Below, piece by piece: positions 63,040-64,000 of a DNA stretch of 64,000 bases. This DNA comes from an uncultured Solirubrobacteraceae bacterium. GTDB lineage: Bacteria > Actinomycetota > Thermoleophilia > Solirubrobacterales > Solirubrobacteraceae. Under the pieces are notes generated by a model. The model was given only the letters and a program-made list of their open reading frames with translations, was not told the origin of the DNA and ran no database searches. A program made the translations under genes and the position numbers. Position 1 is the first letter of the stretch; every line of letters begins with the position of its first letter. Location of the stretch: contig CAWIGP010000003.1 of NCBI GenBank assembly GCA_963835735.1, positions 129,737 through 193,736 of the forward strand, in the 5' to 3' direction.

Positions 63040-64000
63040 GTGCCGACCTTCCGCCCCGCGTACCTGATCTACGGCGACGACCAAGGCCGGATCACCGAGC
63101 GCCGGAGCCGTCTGCGCGCGATGGCCGAGGAAGAGAGCGGCGCCGGCGGCGTCGAGGTGCTCGAGGGCGACGACTGCACGCCCGAGACGGTCGCCAACGC
63201 GCTGTACGCGATGACGTTCGCGCTCGGCCGGCGGTTCGTGATCGCCGACGGGGTCGAGCGCTGGAAAGAGGCCGAGGTCGGGGCGGTGGTAGCCGCGATG
63301 AAGAGCATGGACGCCGAGGCGCTGACCGTCGCGTTCTTCGGCCGCGAGGAGGGGCGCTACAAGGTGCCGGCAGCACTGCGCAAGGCGGTCGAGGCGGCCG
63401 GAGGGCAGATCGCCGAGGAGAACACCGTCAGGCCGCGCGAGCTGCCGCGCTGGCTGATTGCGCGTGGCAAGGAGCTGGGCGTCGAGCTCGACAACCAGGC
63501 GGCGCGCGCGCTGATCGCCCACGTCGGCGACCGTCAGCAGCGGCTGCTGCGCGAGCTCGAGAAGCTCGCGCTCGAGCACGGCGAAGGCGCCCGGCTGGGC
63601 GTCGAGGAGGTCGAGCAGTCGTCGGCGACGTCGGCCGAACGTAAGACGTGGACGCTCGCCGACGCGCTCGTCGCGGGCGACGAGAAGACCGCGACGCGCG
63701 CGCTGCTCGAGCTGCGCCAGCAGGGTGAGCGGCTCCCCGGCCTGCTCTACAACATGGTCCGGCGCCTGCGCGATGCGCACACGATCGCGGAAGCGCTCGC
63801 GGCCGGCCGGCCGGCGGCGGAGGTCAAGAAGAGCCTGCGCATGCCGTCGTTCGCGGCCGACCGGCTCGTAGCGGACGTCGCGAAGCGCGACGTCGAGGCA
63901 TTCCGCCGCGCGCTGGAGCTGATGGCCGACCTCGAGCTCGAGAGCCGTGGCGGCGGCGGAGGCGTGCTGAGCGAGGACACCGCCGCGGTGCGCGCCGTGA
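63040..64000 (+). CDS. holA: DNA polymerase III delta subunit, 5' part; continues past the right edge
   Basis: Absent from the ORF track because it is open to the window edge. Hand translation from GTG 63040: VPTFRPAYLIYGDDQGRITERRSRLRAMAEEE...LPRWLIARGKELGVELDNQAARALIAHVGDRQQRLLRELEKLAL..., a delta-subunit pattern in the canonical position after comEC. TAGACT lies 8 nt upstream of the GTG. Confidence 0.8.
   Translation, partial: MPTFRPAYLIYGDDQGRITERRSRLRAMAEEESGAGGVEVLEGDDCTPETVANALYAMTFALGRRFVIADGVERWKEAEVGAVVAAMKSMDAEALTVAFFGREEGRYKVPAALRKAVEAAGGQIAEENTVRPRELPRWLIARGKELGVELDNQAARALIAHVGDRQQRLLRELEKLALEHGEGARLGVEEVEQSSATSAERKTWTLADALVAGDEKTATRALLELRQQGERLPGLLYNMVRRLRDAHTIAEALAAGRPAAEVKKSLRMPSFAADRLVADVAKRDVEAFRRALELMADLELESRGGGGGVLSEDTAAVRAV

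Noticed and set aside
62937-63644. ORF 62937..63644+ (235 aa) as the gene after the IS
   Set aside because: Its product is Arg/Gly-rich nonsense and it is out of frame with the clear holA reading frame. That frame starts at GTG 63040 and stays open to the window end.

Overview
Very GC-rich chromosomal window that looks Actinomycetota/Thermoleophilia-like (inference from gene content and order). The high GC produces many long spurious ORFs in alternate frames and on the opposite strand. The right two thirds is a conserved housekeeping supercluster: tig-clpP-clpX, then valS-folC-ndk-maf-mreBCD-mrdA-rodA-rne-rplU-rpmA-obg-proB-proA-nadD-rsfS-tRNA-Ala-leuS-comEA-comEC-holA. The left third is more accessory. 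It holds a peptide ABC transporter, an S9 peptidase, an HDAC-like amidohydrolase, and an IclR-BCCT-hsp20-betaine-binding-protein-choline-sulfatase operon. It also holds a secreted LamG repeat protein, a SARP/beta-propeller/SBP fusion protein, phhA with an Lrp regulator, ppc, and a MocR regulator paired with a PNPOx-family gene. I found no defence island, prophage, CRISPR array or biosynthetic cluster. The most interesting signals are non-coding. (1) A ~57-nt two-hairpin element recurs directly upstream of mreB, rodA and obg. (2) Between the MocR gene and ppc there are four tandem 60-nt stem-loops with compensatory arm changes, next to a 37-nt tandem repeat. (3) The comEC-holA spacer is rich in hairpins, and an IS481-family element with a 9-bp target duplication has inserted into one of them. 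(4) A PD-(D/E)XK endonuclease ORF has no stop codon until it has read through a tRNA-Ala gene. In addition, six genes, including tig, maf and mrdA, carry seven single-base frameshifts, several at G or C runs. This pattern suggests consensus indel errors more than real gene decay. All calls come from reading the sequence and the ORF track by eye and from remembered family signatures; no database search was run.
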